A DNA stretch of 64,000 bases, from assembly GCF_009914755.1 (NCBI RefSeq), contig NC_060937.1. One strand, given 5' to 3'. This document shows, piece after piece, positions 38,190-52,425 of the stretch (position 1 is the stretch's first letter; each line of letters begins with the position of its first letter). Origin of the DNA: the human T2T-CHM13v2.0 reference genome, Homo sapiens. The notes under the pieces were generated by a model. That model had not been told where the DNA came from. It searched no databases and saw only the letters and a list, made by a program, of their open reading frames with translations. The position numbers and the translations under genes are program-made.

Positions 38190-38660
38190 TTCAACTGGAG
38201 GAGCATGTTGTCTAGTATTAAGGCTCAAACTTTTTTTTACTGGTATGTAATTTCAAATATATTGGACTTAAACGACTTGATTCATGTTGTATAGCTAGTA
38301 AGCAACAGAGTCAACATTAAAATTATGATTTTAAATTCATGTCACAACTCTGTAATGGCTTTATATATCTAGTATAGTTTTTAATTATATTTAAAGTGAC
38401 AAATTTTAAACTGTGCTGTATATAATGTAGCAACAAGCATAATGACATATTTTATTTTAAAAAAAGTCACCTGTAGAATTATAGTACCTGGATACATAGT
38501 CCACATATTTGGGCTGTGTGATTTTAGGCATTGATCCTTTAAGTTTTAATTTTCCTATCAGCAATTTTTTCTAATAACTCTATTGCTCTCAAAATGCTTG
38601 TTGTAAGAAAAGAGAAAATGCTTATTAAGTGAACATGATGTCTAATAAATATTTGTAATT
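38190..38660. mobile_element. MIR fragments
   Basis: TTAAACGACTTG...AGCTAGTAAG and GGCTGTGTGATTTTAGGCA...TTTTCCTATC core motifs. Confidence 0.5.
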
Positions 38661-39275
38661 GTTTTTAATTAATAAAAGTAAAAATGAAGAAGCATATCAA
38701 TATTCTCTTATTTCAATATCTTCCCGATTTTTCATTATTGTTTAAAAAGATTTTTGTACTCCTGGCACTATTTCCAATAAAGTGATAGATTCTATAACCA
38801 AGGTTATTATATAATCAAGAGAGTTAACATTTTACTATGGAGGGCACTTGGAAAATATTGACTCCCTTCTCACAGATGAGACAAAAGCAGGGATTCTAGG
38901 CATGTACTTGGATGCATGGTTAGAAACAGCTTGAGCCTGATACTAAGGACAGGTGGAATAGGATGGACAGCTGATATGAAGAGGAACAAAAGAGAAACAT
39001 GATATGAAGAAACAACTTGGAGGAAAGGATAATCTAACTTTACTGTCAAAGAAAAGGGCTTAAATAAAATGGAGATGTCAGGTACAAGGAAAACAGCAAC
39101 CCCACTGAGGCTTGATGATCACTTCCAAAGAGATGATTCCCATTAAATATGAGAATAAAAATAATGGTTCTAATATTTATTAATTACAACTAAAACTTCC
39201 AGCTGTTTCTTTCCCTTTGGTATTGTATCTGTCTTACATGATCTGCTTATACATCACTATGTCATTTGCTCTCTT

Positions 39276-40030
39276 GTGTTAAGTTAAAATTATGAGACCT
39301 ATGCATTTGGAAAAGAGAGTCTTATTTCCTAAGAAGGATTGCAGTTTTCCCGCCAGACATCCTAACAGGCTGGGAACCGTAGCCTCTGTTAGAAGCCTAA
39401 AGCAGGCACTTCAAGGGAGAGAAAGATGGAACAGAATTTTATACCAAGCAGATTGGCTAGTTATACATATTTAATAGGCTATGGGAGGAGCTATGAATAT
39501 TCATGAAGTGGTGGAGGCACATATGTGTAGTAAGCAAACATGCATGCTACATATGTCCCATTTTCAGTTTGGGGTGGAGACTTAATATTTGCATGTACTC
39601 CAATTAGGCCCTATACATCAAAAGGTGAAGCAGAGGATACAAATGCACTCAGTGCACAATCTTGATACCTGCCAGAACCACTCCATGGTCAGTGCTCTTT
39701 TATCTGGAGAAAGCTACTGAAGTCAGTCTCTTGTCCAATCGAAGGTGTCTTTATGGCTTGTGGGATGGGATGGGTTGCGTGGGGTGAGTTAGTCAGTGTC
39801 TGGTGGAAAGTGAGCCACAATTGTTGCAATATTGTTTATCTCAAGACCCATGCTTGCTCAGCTGCTAGAGAAACTGAGAAACCTTGTGGCAGTTAGAACA
39901 TAGTTTGTTCTTTAAGTGCCAGGGGTGCATGATTTAATCCTTCACTGACATGGCTGTAGGTCTTGTTTATAATTTCATATCTTATTGCCACAAAAAGTTC
40001 TTTTTGTCAGTCTTATGATCCCTATTTTAA
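39276..40030 (-). mobile_element. MER4-group ERV1 LTR (subfamily uncertain)
   Basis: ATGAATATTCAT, GGGGTGGAGACTTAA, CTTATTGCCACAAA...GTCAGTCTTATGATC motifs. Confidence 0.65.
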
Positions 40031-41122
40031 TGCTTTTGGCAATAAGTTATAGCTGGAAGCTGAGATGCTACAGGGCAGAGAAAAGGCTAAAAACCAACAG
40101 CAATGAGAAAGAAGCAAGACATTGAAAATTATATCTTGATTGAGGCCCTTTGAGGGTTGAAGATCACTTAGAGGAATAAGACATAGTGAGAGAAATACTC
40201 AACATAAATGGTAGCTATGACCAACTCCAGTTCAGATTCTAATTTGACACTGAAGTTAATGATGCCCAAACACAGTGGAAAAGACAGCTATATGTTCAGG
40301 ACTTGGGAAGACAACAGATTAAATAAAAATCGCTAGCACGCTTTTAACATCAGATGATTAAATTAATAATTACATGTGTAAAATGGAAAATCAAATCATC
40401 TTAGAAATTTTAATGTACATAGATGTAAATGGAAATGTAGGAAATGTAGAACAATGTGCTCTATTCAAGGTAGTGAGAGTTTCATAAATATTATTAGCTT
40501 AAAAACACAATGTGGCTTGAATGGCTTTAAAGATAGAGGGAGTTTGAAAATGTGAGTGTTGTGTTTCTTCTATGCAAACTGGAACTTTCATAAATGATCT
40601 TTTCTTATTTTTCAGGCTTGTCAAAGTTTTCAAGCAGTTGCTAGAAATGGTAAAATAAAAAATTCATATGGACAAGAAAATATACACTTTTTATGTCACT
40701 ATGAAAATACATGTGTACTATATTTTGAGAAAGTATGTTTGAGGTAATTTTTGTGTTAATACATTTAAAACAAAAACTGTATTTGGAAATAAAATTCAGT
40801 TCTATTCATAAAATTTTAAGGGGCTGTATTTCACAGTTTAGGAAAATGTGTCTACTTGATCCTTTTAATTTGGTGGTGGTAAAATAATTATTGCTGTAGT
40901 AACACAAAGACATAATATTTGTACTGATACTAAATGTAAATATTGAAAAATATTAAAGAGTTACCATTTTAATTCTGTAATATTTACAATTATATTCCTT
41001 TGGGGTTCTCTGTCTCAGTCTTTCTCTCAATCTCTCTCTCTCTCTCTGAAAATATTCTGGAAATTTTTTGTGGTAGTAGGGTATTAGCTGATATCTTATT
41101 GGGATAAACATGAATGTTACAC

Positions 41123-41622
41123 TGTAGCTATGATCTGTTTTTTTATTTAAAAATTACCCCAAACTGAGTAGCTTAAAACAACACACATTTTGCATCTTAC
41201 GGTTCTGTGGGGCAGAATTCTGACACAGGTCTCACTGCTTTAATCCAGTATGTCAGCACAGCTGCATTCCTCTCTGAGGATTTAGGAGCGAATTTGTTTC
41301 CCTGCCTTTTTCAGCTTCTAAGAGGCTGCCCTTATACCTTAGCTTGTGTTCCTCTTCTTCCATCTTCCAAGACAGCAACATCTCATATCTCTGATTTTTC
41401 TTCCTTCATCACATTTCTTTCTAGCCCAGCCATGAACAACTCTTCTAAGTACTCATGAGATTACATTTCACCCACCCAGATAAAACAGGGCAATTATCCC
41501 ATCTCAAAGTCCATACCCTTAATCACATCTACCCAGTCCCTTTTCCACGCAAGGTAACACTTTTGCAGGCTTTGGAGATCAGGTCACAAGTACCTCTGAG
41601 GGGCATTATTCTGCCTACCATA
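41123..41622 (-). mobile_element. MLT1C/D-like MaLR LTR
   Basis: AAACTGAGTAGCTTAAAACAACA...CAGCTTCTAAGAGGCTGCC...CATTATTCTGCCTACCA. Confidence 0.8.
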
Positions 41623-42557
41623 ATCCTGTAATTTTTTTTCAGCTAATCTATTAGATAATTAGTAATATCTCAACTGTAGTTTTTAAAATGTATTTCCTGA
41701 AGGGTTAATGCTGTTGAATGTATTTTCATGTGCTTATTTCACATCTGTATATTTTCTGTGGTAAAATTGCTGTTCACATTCTTTGCTTATTTTCTGTTTG
41801 AATTGTTCATTTCTATTCAGTTGAGATTTGAGAGTTCTTTACATATTTTGGGTTTATCTTTGTCAAGTATTCGGATTGCAGATGTTTTCTTCTAGTCAGT
41901 AGCCTGTCATTTTATTCTACTAATGGACAATTCACAGTGCTATTTTAAAACATTTTTGAATAGGTCATAATTTTGTTTTGGTTTGTGCATATGGTGTCAT
42001 GTGTAAGATGTCTTTGCTTATTCATAGATCCTGAAGGTATTATCCTATGTGTTCTTCTAAAAGTTTTATTTTTCTATATTTTCCAATTAAATTTATAATT
42101 CACTTTTCAAGTAAATTTGCATAGTGTTGAGTTTAAGACAAAGTTTCTTTTTTTTTTTCCATGTTTAATCTATGGGTATCCAATTGTTCTAGCATCATTT
42201 ACTGGAAAGATTATCCTTCCTCCATTGTATTGCTTTGGCTCATTTTTCAAAAATTAGTCGGGCAAATTTGTGCAGCTCTATTTTCAGGTTCTCCGTTCCA
42301 GTTATCTATGTGTCTATCCATCTGCCAGTGATACACTGTGATAAACTATACGCTACCCATCTACCAGTTACTACACCTATACATTAAACCTTAAGACTGA
42401 GGAAGATAAATTTTTTCTACTTTCTTTTTCTTTTTCAATTTATTTGGTTGATATTGTTTTTCAGTTCTTCTATCATCTTAGTTGATAAATTGTTGATGAT
42501 ATTAATAAAGGGGTATTGAAGTCCCCAAGAGTAATTGTTGATTTCCCCTTTTGTTAG

Positions 42558-42882
<325 letters not shown>

Positions 42883-43453
42883 TGAAGCTACCTCTTTTTC
42901 CTTATTCATCATGTTATTATGTAATGTCCTGCTCTGCTTCTTATACTTTTATTTGTTTTGTGGTCTGCTTTATGTGACGTTAATTTAGCCACTCCTACTT
43001 TTAAAAATATAATGTTTATATACTATATATTTTTTCATCTTTTTACTTCAATCTTCCTATACTACTATATTTCAAGTGAGCTGCAATTAAGGACAACATA
43101 AAGTTGGGTCATAGTTTTGGTTTGTTTTCCTTTATGAATTCTGCCAGTCTCACTCTTTTGAATGATACATTCTGACTATTTACATAAAGTAATTATTGAT
43201 ATGTTTAGGCTTAAGATGGATAATATTTGTTTTTGCTTCCACATGTATTTCGTTTCTATTTTTTCTTGCCTTTCTGTAGGCTGCTTCAACATGTTTAGAT
43301 ATACCTTTTAATGTGTCTACAGTGCTTTTTAGTACGTCTTTGCATTTTTAAAAATTTCTTAATTTTTGTGGGTACATAGCATGTATTTATATTTCTGAGA
43401 TATAAGAGATATTTCAATACAGGCATGCAATGCATAAAAATCACATCATGGAA

Positions 43454-43752
43454 GGCCGGGCATGTTGACTCAAGCCTGTAATCCCACCCAGCACTTCGGG
43501 AGTCTGAGGCAGGCAGATCACGAGGTCAGGAGATCGAGACCATCCTGGCTAACACGGTGAAACCCCGTCTCTATTAAAAATACAAAAAATTAGCCGGGCG
43601 TGGTGGCGGGCGCCTTTAGTCCCAGCTACTCGTGAGGCTGAGGCAGGAGAATGGCGTGAAATCAGGAGGCAGAGCTTACAGTGAGCCGAGATTGTGCCTC
43701 TGAACTCCAGCCTGGGCAACAGAGCGAGACTCCGCCTCAAAAAAAAAAAAAA
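43454..43752 (+). mobile_element. AluY
   Basis: GAGATCGAGACCATCCTGGCTAACACGG; 18-bp TSD AAAAATCACATCATGGAA. Confidence 0.97.
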
Positions 43753-43837
43753 ATCACATCATGGAAAGTGAGGGTTTCCATCCCCTCAAGCATTTATCCT
43801 TTGAGTTATAAACAATCTATTATACTCTTTTAGTTGT

Positions 43838-44145
43838 TTTATTTATTTATTTATTTATTTATTAGACAGGGTGTCACTCTGTCCCTCAGGCTGGAGTGGA
43901 GTGGTGCAATCTTAAGTCACTGCAACCTCTGCCTCCTGGGTTCAAGCAATTCTCCCAACTCAGCTTCCTGAGTAGCTGGGACTACAGGTGTCTGCCACCA
44001 CATCTCACTAATTTTTGTATTCTTTGGTAGAGATAGGGTTTCACCATGTTGGCCAGGCTGGTCTCGAACTCCTGACCTCAAGTGATCTGCCCGCCTTGTC
44101 CTCCCAAAGTGCTAGGATTACAGGCATGAGCCACCATGCCTAGCC
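43838..44145 (-). mobile_element. AluS (Sx/Sz-like) with (ATTT)n tail
   Basis: CCTGACCTCAAGTGATC; TSD TAGTTGTTTTA. Confidence 0.95.
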
Positions 44146-46649
44146 TAGTTGTTTTAATATGTACAATTACATTATTATCGACTATAGTCTCCATGTTGTG
44201 CTATCAAATACAAGGTCTAGTTCATTCTTTCTATTTTTATAATACCCATTAAACAGCCCCACACCTCCACTATCCCCCACTATCATTCCCAGCCTCTGGT
44301 AACCATTTTTCTACTTTCTATTGTGGTCAATTGTTTTGATTTTTCCATCTCACAAATAAGTGAGACTATGTGATGTTTGTCTTTCTGTGCCTGGCTTATT
44401 TCACTTGACATAATGATCTCCAGTTCCATCCATGTTGTTACAAATGACAGGATATCATTCTTTTTTACAGCTGAGTAGTATTCCATTATGTATATGTACC
44501 ACATTTTCTTTCTTTATTCATCCATTGATGGACACTTCGGTTGCTTCCAAATCTTAGCGATTGTGAATAGTGCTGCAATAAACATGGGAGTATAGATATC
44601 TCTTTGATACTCTGATTTACCTTCTTTTGGGTATATACTCAGCAGTAGAATTGCTGAATCATATGGTAGCTTCATTTTTAGTTCTTCAAGGAACTGCTAA
44701 ACTGTTCTCCCTAGTGACTATACTAATTTACACTCCCACCAGCAGTGTACAAGGACTCCCTTTTCTCCGCCCCAGCATGTGTCATTGCCTGTCTTTTGGA
44801 AAACAACAACAACAACAAAACATTTTAAATGCGGTGAGATAATATCTCATTGTAGTTTTGATTTGCATTTCCCTGATGATCCATGATGCTGAGCAACTTT
44901 TTATATGCCTATTTGCCATATGTGTCTTCTTTTGAGAAATGTCTATTCAAATCTCTTGCTTAATTATTGATCATATTATTAGATATTTTCCTATAGAGTC
45001 GTATGAGCTCCTTTTATATTTTGGTTATTAATCTCTTGTCAGATGAGTAGTTTGCAAATGTTTTCTCCTATTCTGTGGGTTGTCTCTCTACTTTGCTGAT
45101 TGTTTCCATTGCTGTGCAGAATCTTTTTAACTTGATGTGACCCCACTTATCCATTTTTGTTTTGATTGCCTGTGCTTGCAGGGTATTGCTCAAGAAATTT
45201 TTGTCCAAGCGAATGTCCTGGAGAGTTCCTCCAGTGTTTTCTTCTAGTGGTTTCATGGTTTGAGGTCTTCGATGTAAGTCTTTAACCAATTTTCATTTGA
45301 TTTTTGTATGTGATGCGAGATAGGGGTCTAGTTTCATTCCTCTGCATTTGGATACCCAGTTTTTCCAGAATCATTTATAGAAGAGACTGTCTTTTCCCTA
45401 GTGTATGTTGTTGGCACCTTTGTCAAAAATGAGTTCACTATAGGTGTGTGGATTTGTTTATGGGTTGTCTATTCTGTTTTATTGGTCTATGTGTCCATTT
45501 TAATGCCAGTACCATGCTGCTTTGGTTACTGTAGCTCTGCAGTATAATTTGAGGTCAGGTAATGTGATTCCTCCAGTTTTGTTCTTTTTTCTTAGGATAG
45601 GCTATTCTGGGTCTTTTGTGGTTCCATATATATTTTAAGACTACATTTTCTCTTTTTGTGAATAATGTCAATTTATATTTTGATAGGGATTGCATTGAAT
45701 CTGTAGATTGCTTTGAGTGATATGCACATTTTAACAATCTTGAGTCTTCAACTCATGAACATAAAATATCTTTCCATTTTGTGTGTGTGTGTCCTCTTCA
45801 ATTTTTTAATGTTTTATAATTTCCATTGTAAAGATATTCCACTTATTTAGTTACTTTATAGATATTTAATTTTATTTGTGGCTATTATAAATGGGATTAC
45901 TTTCTTATTTCTTTTTCAGATTATTCACTATTGACATATAGAAATGGTAGCAATTTTTGCATACTGATTGTATATCCTAAAAATTTACCAAATTTGTTTA
46001 TCAGTTCTAATAGTTTTTTGGTGACTTTTTAGGTTTTTCCAAAAATAAGATCATGTCATCTGAAAACAAGGATAATTTCACTTCTTGCTTTCAAATTTGG
46101 TTGCCCTTTATTTCTTTCTCTTGCCTAATTACCCTAGCTAGGACTTCAAGTACTATATTGAATAACAGTGAAAGTGGGCATTCTTTTTGTGTTCCAGATC
46201 TTAGATGGAAGGGTTTTTGCATTTTTAAAATTTCTTTTCTGGGTTCTCTAGTTATTAAAATATATAAATATAGCTTACCACATTCTAAACATAAATTTTT
46301 AAAAATACATTGTGTTTTTAAGAATTTTCTCCACTAACATTGAGAACATATTAGATTAATCTGCACTTTTACCTCCCTCACCAATTGTAATTTTAAAACT
46401 TATAATAAGGATAGTGTACACTTGTATTTATATTTTAACCAATTCACTTATTCTTTGCACTTCCTAAAATACCATAGCATTTTGTTCCAGTTTCATTTTT
46501 ATTTGTAAAACATCTTTTAGCTATTCTTTAAGGGTAAGTCTGCTAGTGCCAAAGATCTTAGTTTTAATAAATTGAGAATGTCCTTATTTTCCCTTCCATG
46601 TTGATGTTGATGGGTATGTGTTTGTGTGTGTGTGTGTGTTTGTATCGAT

Positions 46650-46994
46650 ATGTATGCCCCTCTACTTATGATGGGGTTACATTCCAATAAACTTACTGTA
46701 ATTGAAACAGTATTTAATACACTCAACCTACTTAACATCATAGTTTAGCCTACCCTAACTTACATGAGCTAAGAATACATTAATCTATAGTTTGCCAAAT
46801 TATCTAACACAAAGTCTATTTTATAATTAACTGTTGAATATTTCATGTACCATATTGAATGCTGTACTGAAAGTAAAAAACAGAATGGTTGTTTGGGTAC
46901 TCAAAGCATGATTTCTACTGAATCTGTACTGCTTTCACATTATTGTAAAGTCAAAAATTTGCAAGTCTAATCATCCTAAGATGAGCACCATCTG
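46650..46994 (+). mobile_element. Tigger4b-like Tc1/mariner MITE
   Basis: CTACTTATGATGGGGTTACATTCC...GAAAGTAAAAAACAGAATGGTTG...CCATCTG followed by TA. Confidence 0.75.
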
Positions 46995-49606
46995 TATATA
47001 TAACATAAAATTTTGGGTTGGCAGTTCTTTTTTTGTTTTTTTTTTTTGAACTTGAAAACAGTATATGTCACTTTCTTTTGGCCTGCATGCTTTCAGATGA
47101 GAAATTTTATCAAACGAATCATTCCTCTTTCATATGTAATGCATCTTTTCTTTCCTAATGAGATCACTTTTTTTTTTCTTTCTTCCCCCCCCTTTTTTTT
47201 CCCCAATATTCACCCCTTTTGTTAGGATGTGTCTCTGTGTGGATGCCTTTGAATTTGTCCTGTTTGGGTTTGCTCTCTTTCTTGTCTGCTCATGCTTTTC
47301 ACAAAATTTGTAAATTTTTAGCTATTAACTTGTTGAAAAATTTTTAAGCTCTTTACTTTTTCTCTTTTTCTCCTAAAACTCTGAAGACATAAATAATAGG
47401 TATTTATTATCTTATAAAATCATGAGATTATATTTTTCTTTCTATTTTCTCTTTCTTGTTCAGGTTGAGTAATTTTTATTGATCTGCTTTTGTTCCTTGA
47501 GTATTTACTAAGTTGTTTCGAATATACTATTGAGTCTGTACAATGAGTTTTTAATTTTCTTTATTTTATTTTTAGTTCTATGATTTTATTTGTTTTTTAT
47601 ATCTACTATTTTTTATTGAATGTTTAAAGGTTTTTATTTATTTCAAAAATGCATGTAATTGCTTGCTAAAGCATAAATAGTGCATCTCATTTGAAATAGC
47701 CATTCTGAATATCATAGTCATTTGAAATCTAAATGCTCCACATATCAATTGATTAAAATATATGCTTTTAAAATGTATTTTTATTTGCTCTTTGGGTATT
47801 ACTACTCATGTCGTGGGATAGAAATTATAGCTTCCTATATAGCATTCTTGGACATAATTATGTTGTAAAGCTTTACATTTATAAATAGAAAAATTCTAGT
47901 GTACAAGTTTAAGAAATCACTCAAAATTGGTAAAATAAGAAAAGTAAATAGGTGTGTTTCTCCTCTACTGAGAAACTTCTTTCCTTTTGTGTATACCATT
48001 ATATAATTGCATGTTCAAATTTTTTGGAGGTCTTATTAATAACTGTAGGAAATATGTTGTTAATGCTTATATAATAAGTAAAATGTGTTTTAGGCACAAG
48101 CCTCACAGTGATGCAAAAATTTAAATTGGCTTAACATTTTATGATTTTTTAATGTAACAGTAATAAACCATTTTCTAATGCATTTGCTTAGGATTTGTCT
48201 TCAAATATATATTTTACAAATTAACATGTTGATAATACATGGACAACTTTGTACATTTTAAAGAAATTTATCTACTCATGAAATTCTTATACATTTTCTC
48301 TTTAATAAATAATTATATTATCTTACATGGAAGTATTTGCTTTTAACTTTTACTTATAGTGAATAGGAGAACAATTGTAATGACCTTGTCCAAATAAAAT
48401 ATTATTCCTGTTGACTCTTTAAAATCATTTTCCTCTTTTTCGTGATTCAAATAGTATTTATGTTTACATTTTATGCAAAAAAGGAGGTGCATCTTTTCAT
48501 GTAAGTGTAAAAATTCCTAAATATTTACAGATTAAGACTTTTTCTCAATAAGTAACTTTGCAAGTATTATTTTTCCCATTTCATTGTGACTGTCAGGCAG
48601 TTGGCTAGATATGAAAGTAAAAAATAAATAATGCAGAAAAAAGGTCAGGTGTTAATTTGGTTGAGTTTCATTCATTAGCAGCGGCTAGCTTCCAGCTACA
48701 AGTAACCATTAAACTTAAATTAAAGAGGACAAATCTGGCAAGTATTTTGCCTTTAGCACGTAAGGTTCAAAATAAAGTGGCCATTAGTTCACTGCTGATG
48801 ACAAGATATTTCACTACAGCTACTAGGCATGCTAAAGCTTTTGCAAATGTTTGAATGTATTTTATTGCTACTTTGAGATGAAATACTTACATTGTTAAGT
48901 AGATCATAGCATATGTTCTATTATTAGTTCCAACTCAATGTATTTGGATGTTATGATTACAAATTTTTCTAAGTATGTCTGCAAATATATGTTTATAGCA
49001 TAATTATAAGACCACACCCTCTTCAATATTTTTTCAATTTAAAAAATATTCATATATGTAAAATAATTATAGTAAGAATACTTTTAGAAGTTTTAAAGCC
49101 CTAGTAACAAATAGATTTTTACAGTGCTAATCTTTCTTTTTTCTCTCCAACTGGCTTTGAAGTTATATCTTTCATAAACTTCTTACTATACTGGAATTTT
49201 ATTTTACCAGATAGACAAATTCACTGTTTTCCCCCTGACTTCCCTTAGTACGGTTGCATCACTCACACTTACTTATCTCTGAGTTTCTCTCAGCCTCTGT
49301 TTCTTTCTTTGCCTTTCTTGCTCTATATTAAAATAAACAAATTATATTTCTAGATATTTAGGGATAAATTTACCCTAATCTTAAAGTAAATTAATTTTTA
49401 GGATGCATTGCAATTTTCAGCAAGGATTTCTGTATGACTTTGCATTCATAAAGTAAATGACATTTGCTATTAAATAGAACTAATCTGTAAAATACACATC
49501 AAAATTTGCATGATAATACTCACGAGTAAATGCTCTCAAATAAGAAGTTTTGCTAGTCTCTCAGTTTTAGTACATTTCATAATACTTTTACAAATACATT
49601 TTCTAA

Positions 49607-51261
49607 GGCTATAGCTGATATAGATTGTTATTCCTCTGATGGATCCGAGCAAAGTAAATTGAATACCTTTGGAAAAAATTAATCATTCTAAAAGATTCAG
49701 AAGGCAGAGAAATCCTAGGCAGACCCAGGTAGATCCTCAGTGAAACCCCACTTTCAAGCCAAAAGCAGCCTGAAACCCACAGCTCAGAGTGAGAACTTCT
49801 ATTCTGTTTGGCTTCTCTTTCCTTATTGGGTCTTTCTGAATAATGCCTTTTAACCAATCAAATGTTGCCTTTTCCAATACTACTTACAGCCCCCCTTTTC
49901 CCCATCCTGATCCTATAAAAACCCCAGACTCAGCCACACTGACAGAAACTATCTGACTTCAGGGAGAGACAATCTGACATTGGGGAGAGACAGTCTGACT
50001 TCAGGGAAGACGACCTGACCTTCCCATCTCCTCTTCAACTCGCTCTCTGCTGAGAGCTGTTTTTGTTGCTCAGTAAAATTCTCCACTCTCATCATCCTTC
50101 AATCGTCAGTTTGACCTCATTCTTCCTGGATACTGGGCAAGACCTTGGGACCCATCAAGTGGAGGTAGCGAGAAAGGTTCTAACAGTGGCCCTTTGTCCT
50201 CACCAGCGTAGGGCAGCCACTCCACATGATGGGGCAAGAGACCGACTCAGCTGCGAACACCCTGTCATCTGTTAGGCTGTGGACAGTGTAACTAAAGGAG
50301 CTAATTAGCACACTAACACCCTCTCTGGGCACCACTGCCTTCTCCTCAGGGTGACACGCCTGGCCTGGCCACAGGCACCACACGTAGCTTGCTCCTGTGT
50401 TGGCACTCAGGGTGGCCAGACAAACCCCACACTCGCTAACTCATGTGCTCCCTTCTGCAAAGGGCTGAGCGCAGCAGGCCAAGTGTACAGGGTGCCCCCT
50501 GCTGCAAGTCAAGCAAAGGGGCTGAGAAAAATCCTATGTCAGTTCTAGATGCCATTAAGAACATATGTGATTCATGGGTGAAAGTCAAAATAACGTGAAC
50601 GATTTGAAAGAAGTTGATTCCAAACCTCAGGAGTGACTTTCAGTAGTTCAAGACTTAGTGGAAAAAGTAACTTCAAATGTGATGGAAATAGCAAGAGAAC
50701 TAGAACTAGAAGAGAACCCTGAAGATGTGTCTGAACTACTGTAATCCCCTGATTAAACTCAACGGATGAGGAGTTGTTTCTCATGGATGAGCAAAGAAAA
50801 TTTCTTGAGATGGAAACTACTTGTTGTGAAGATTCTATGAACATCTTAAAAATGACAACAAAGTATTTGGAATACTACAGAAACTTGATTGTTAAAGCAA
50901 TGGCTAGGTTTGAAGCAAAATGTATTGCTTTCCTATTTTAAAAATTTACCAGAGCCAGCCTAAACTTCAACAATTATCAGTATAATCAGTAAGCAGCCAT
51001 TAACATAGAGGCAAGACCCTCCACCAACAAAAGGATTACCACTCACTGATGGCTCAGATCAGTATGACATTTTTTAGCAATAAAATATTTTTTAATAAAG
51101 GTATGTATGTTGTTTTTTAAGACATAATGTTACTGTACAATTAATATGGTATAGTACAAAAATAATATTTATTTTTGTTGGGAAACCAAGAAATGTGTGC
51201 AACTCAGTTTTGTGATATTTGCTTTATTGCAGCAATCTGGATCTCAACTTTGATACTTCTG
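49607..51261 (+). mobile_element. Tigger1 3' portion (transposase remnant and right end) split by an LTR
   Basis: TCTGATGGATCCGAGCAAAGTAAATTG...|TTCTAGATGCCATTAAGAAC...GCAAGACCCTCCACCAACAAAAGGATTAC...GCTTTATTGC. Confidence 0.85.
49689..50541 (+). mobile_element. MER50/LTR27-28-group ERV1 solo LTR
   Basis: GGCAGAGAAATCCTAGGCAGAC...GAAACCCCACTTTCAAGCC; CCAAT, CTATAAAA and AGTAAA signals; ends GTCA; TSD ATTC/GTTC. Confidence 0.75.
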
Positions 51262-51348
51262 TATCCCCATATAGCCTAAAATTTAAAGTCACCACTAAAG
51301 AGAAAAACAGTTATAACAAATTAATAAGAAAAAGAACATAAAGCTATA

Positions 51349-51648
51349 GGCCAGGTGCGGTGGCTCACACCTGTAATCCTAGCACTTTGGGAGGTCAAGG
51401 CAGGCAGATCACTTGCGTTCAGGGGTTTGAGACCAGCCTGGGCAACATAGCAAAACCTGGTCTCTATGAAAAATACAAAAAATCAACCGGTCGTGGTGGT
51501 GCACACCTATGGTCCCACCTGTTCAGAGGCTGAGGTGGGAGGATTCCTTGAGCCTGAGAAGTGGAGGCTGCAGTAAGCCGAGATCGCATCCTGCACTCCA
51601 ACCTGGGTGACAGAGTCAGACCCTATCTTAAAAAAAAAAAAAAAAAAA
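51349..51648 (+). mobile_element. AluJb-like
   Basis: Full Alu with A tail; AAAGCTATA repeated on both sides. Confidence 0.92.
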
Positions 51649-52148
51649 GAATGAAAAAACTCTACAAAGCTATATATTAGATTTACATAATTTAATGACA
51701 ACAAAAAATAAAATTGAACAAAACCAAGATAATACAGATAGAAAAAAATAACAAGATCATAATTTTAAACCTAACCATGTCATCAATAACACAAAAATAT
51801 GTGTTGCCAATGTCCAAGTTAAAAATTAGAGATGATCGGATTAGATGAAAAAATTAGACACAACTGTATTATCCCTACAAAAAATCACTTCACATATAAA
51901 GACACAAATAGGTTCAAAGAAATAAATGGAAAGAAATATCTCATCTGCAACTAATTTTTAAAAAGCAGAAATTGATAGCATAAATATAAATGGACAATAT
52001 ATCATGACCACTTAGAATTTATTCTAGGAATGCAAAGTGGGTTTAAAATTAAAAAAATCAAAATATTTACACATAAAAAACATTTAAAAAATCACACAAT
52101 TGCTTTAACAAATGAGAAAATCATGTGATAGAATATAACATCTCTTCG

Positions 52149-52425
52149 TTTTTTCTTTTTAACTTTTTAGGTTTTGGGGTACGTGTGAAGGTTTGTTACA
52201 TAAGTAAACACATGCCACGGGGGTTTTTTGTTCATATTATTTTTATCACCCAAGTATTAAGCCCAGTATTCAGTAGCTATCTTTTCTGCTCCTCTGCCTC
52301 CTCCTGCCCTCCTCCTCAAGTAGACCTTAGGGTCTGTTGTTTCCTTCTTTGTGTTCATAAGTTCTTATTATTCAGCTCCCACTTATAATTGAGAAAATGC
52401 GGTATTTGGTTTTCTATTCCTGCAT
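52149..52425 (-). mobile_element. L1PA(old)/L1PB 3'-end fragment
   Basis: GGGGTACGTGTGAAGGTTTGTTACATAAGTAAAC...AGCTCCCACTTATAA.TGAGAA.ATGCGG. Confidence 0.8.

Larger units (their letters stand above)
43354..46215 (-). mobile_element. 5'-truncated L1MA (L1MA1-3-like) with 15-bp TSD
   Basis: Antisense 3'UTR and ORF2; TSD TTTGCATTTTTAAAA at 43339-43353 and 46216-46230. Confidence 0.88.

Noticed and set aside
40600-40655. Possible micro-exon after TTTTCTTATTTTTCAG
   Set aside because: Donor G|GTAAAA is weak and nothing else supports it
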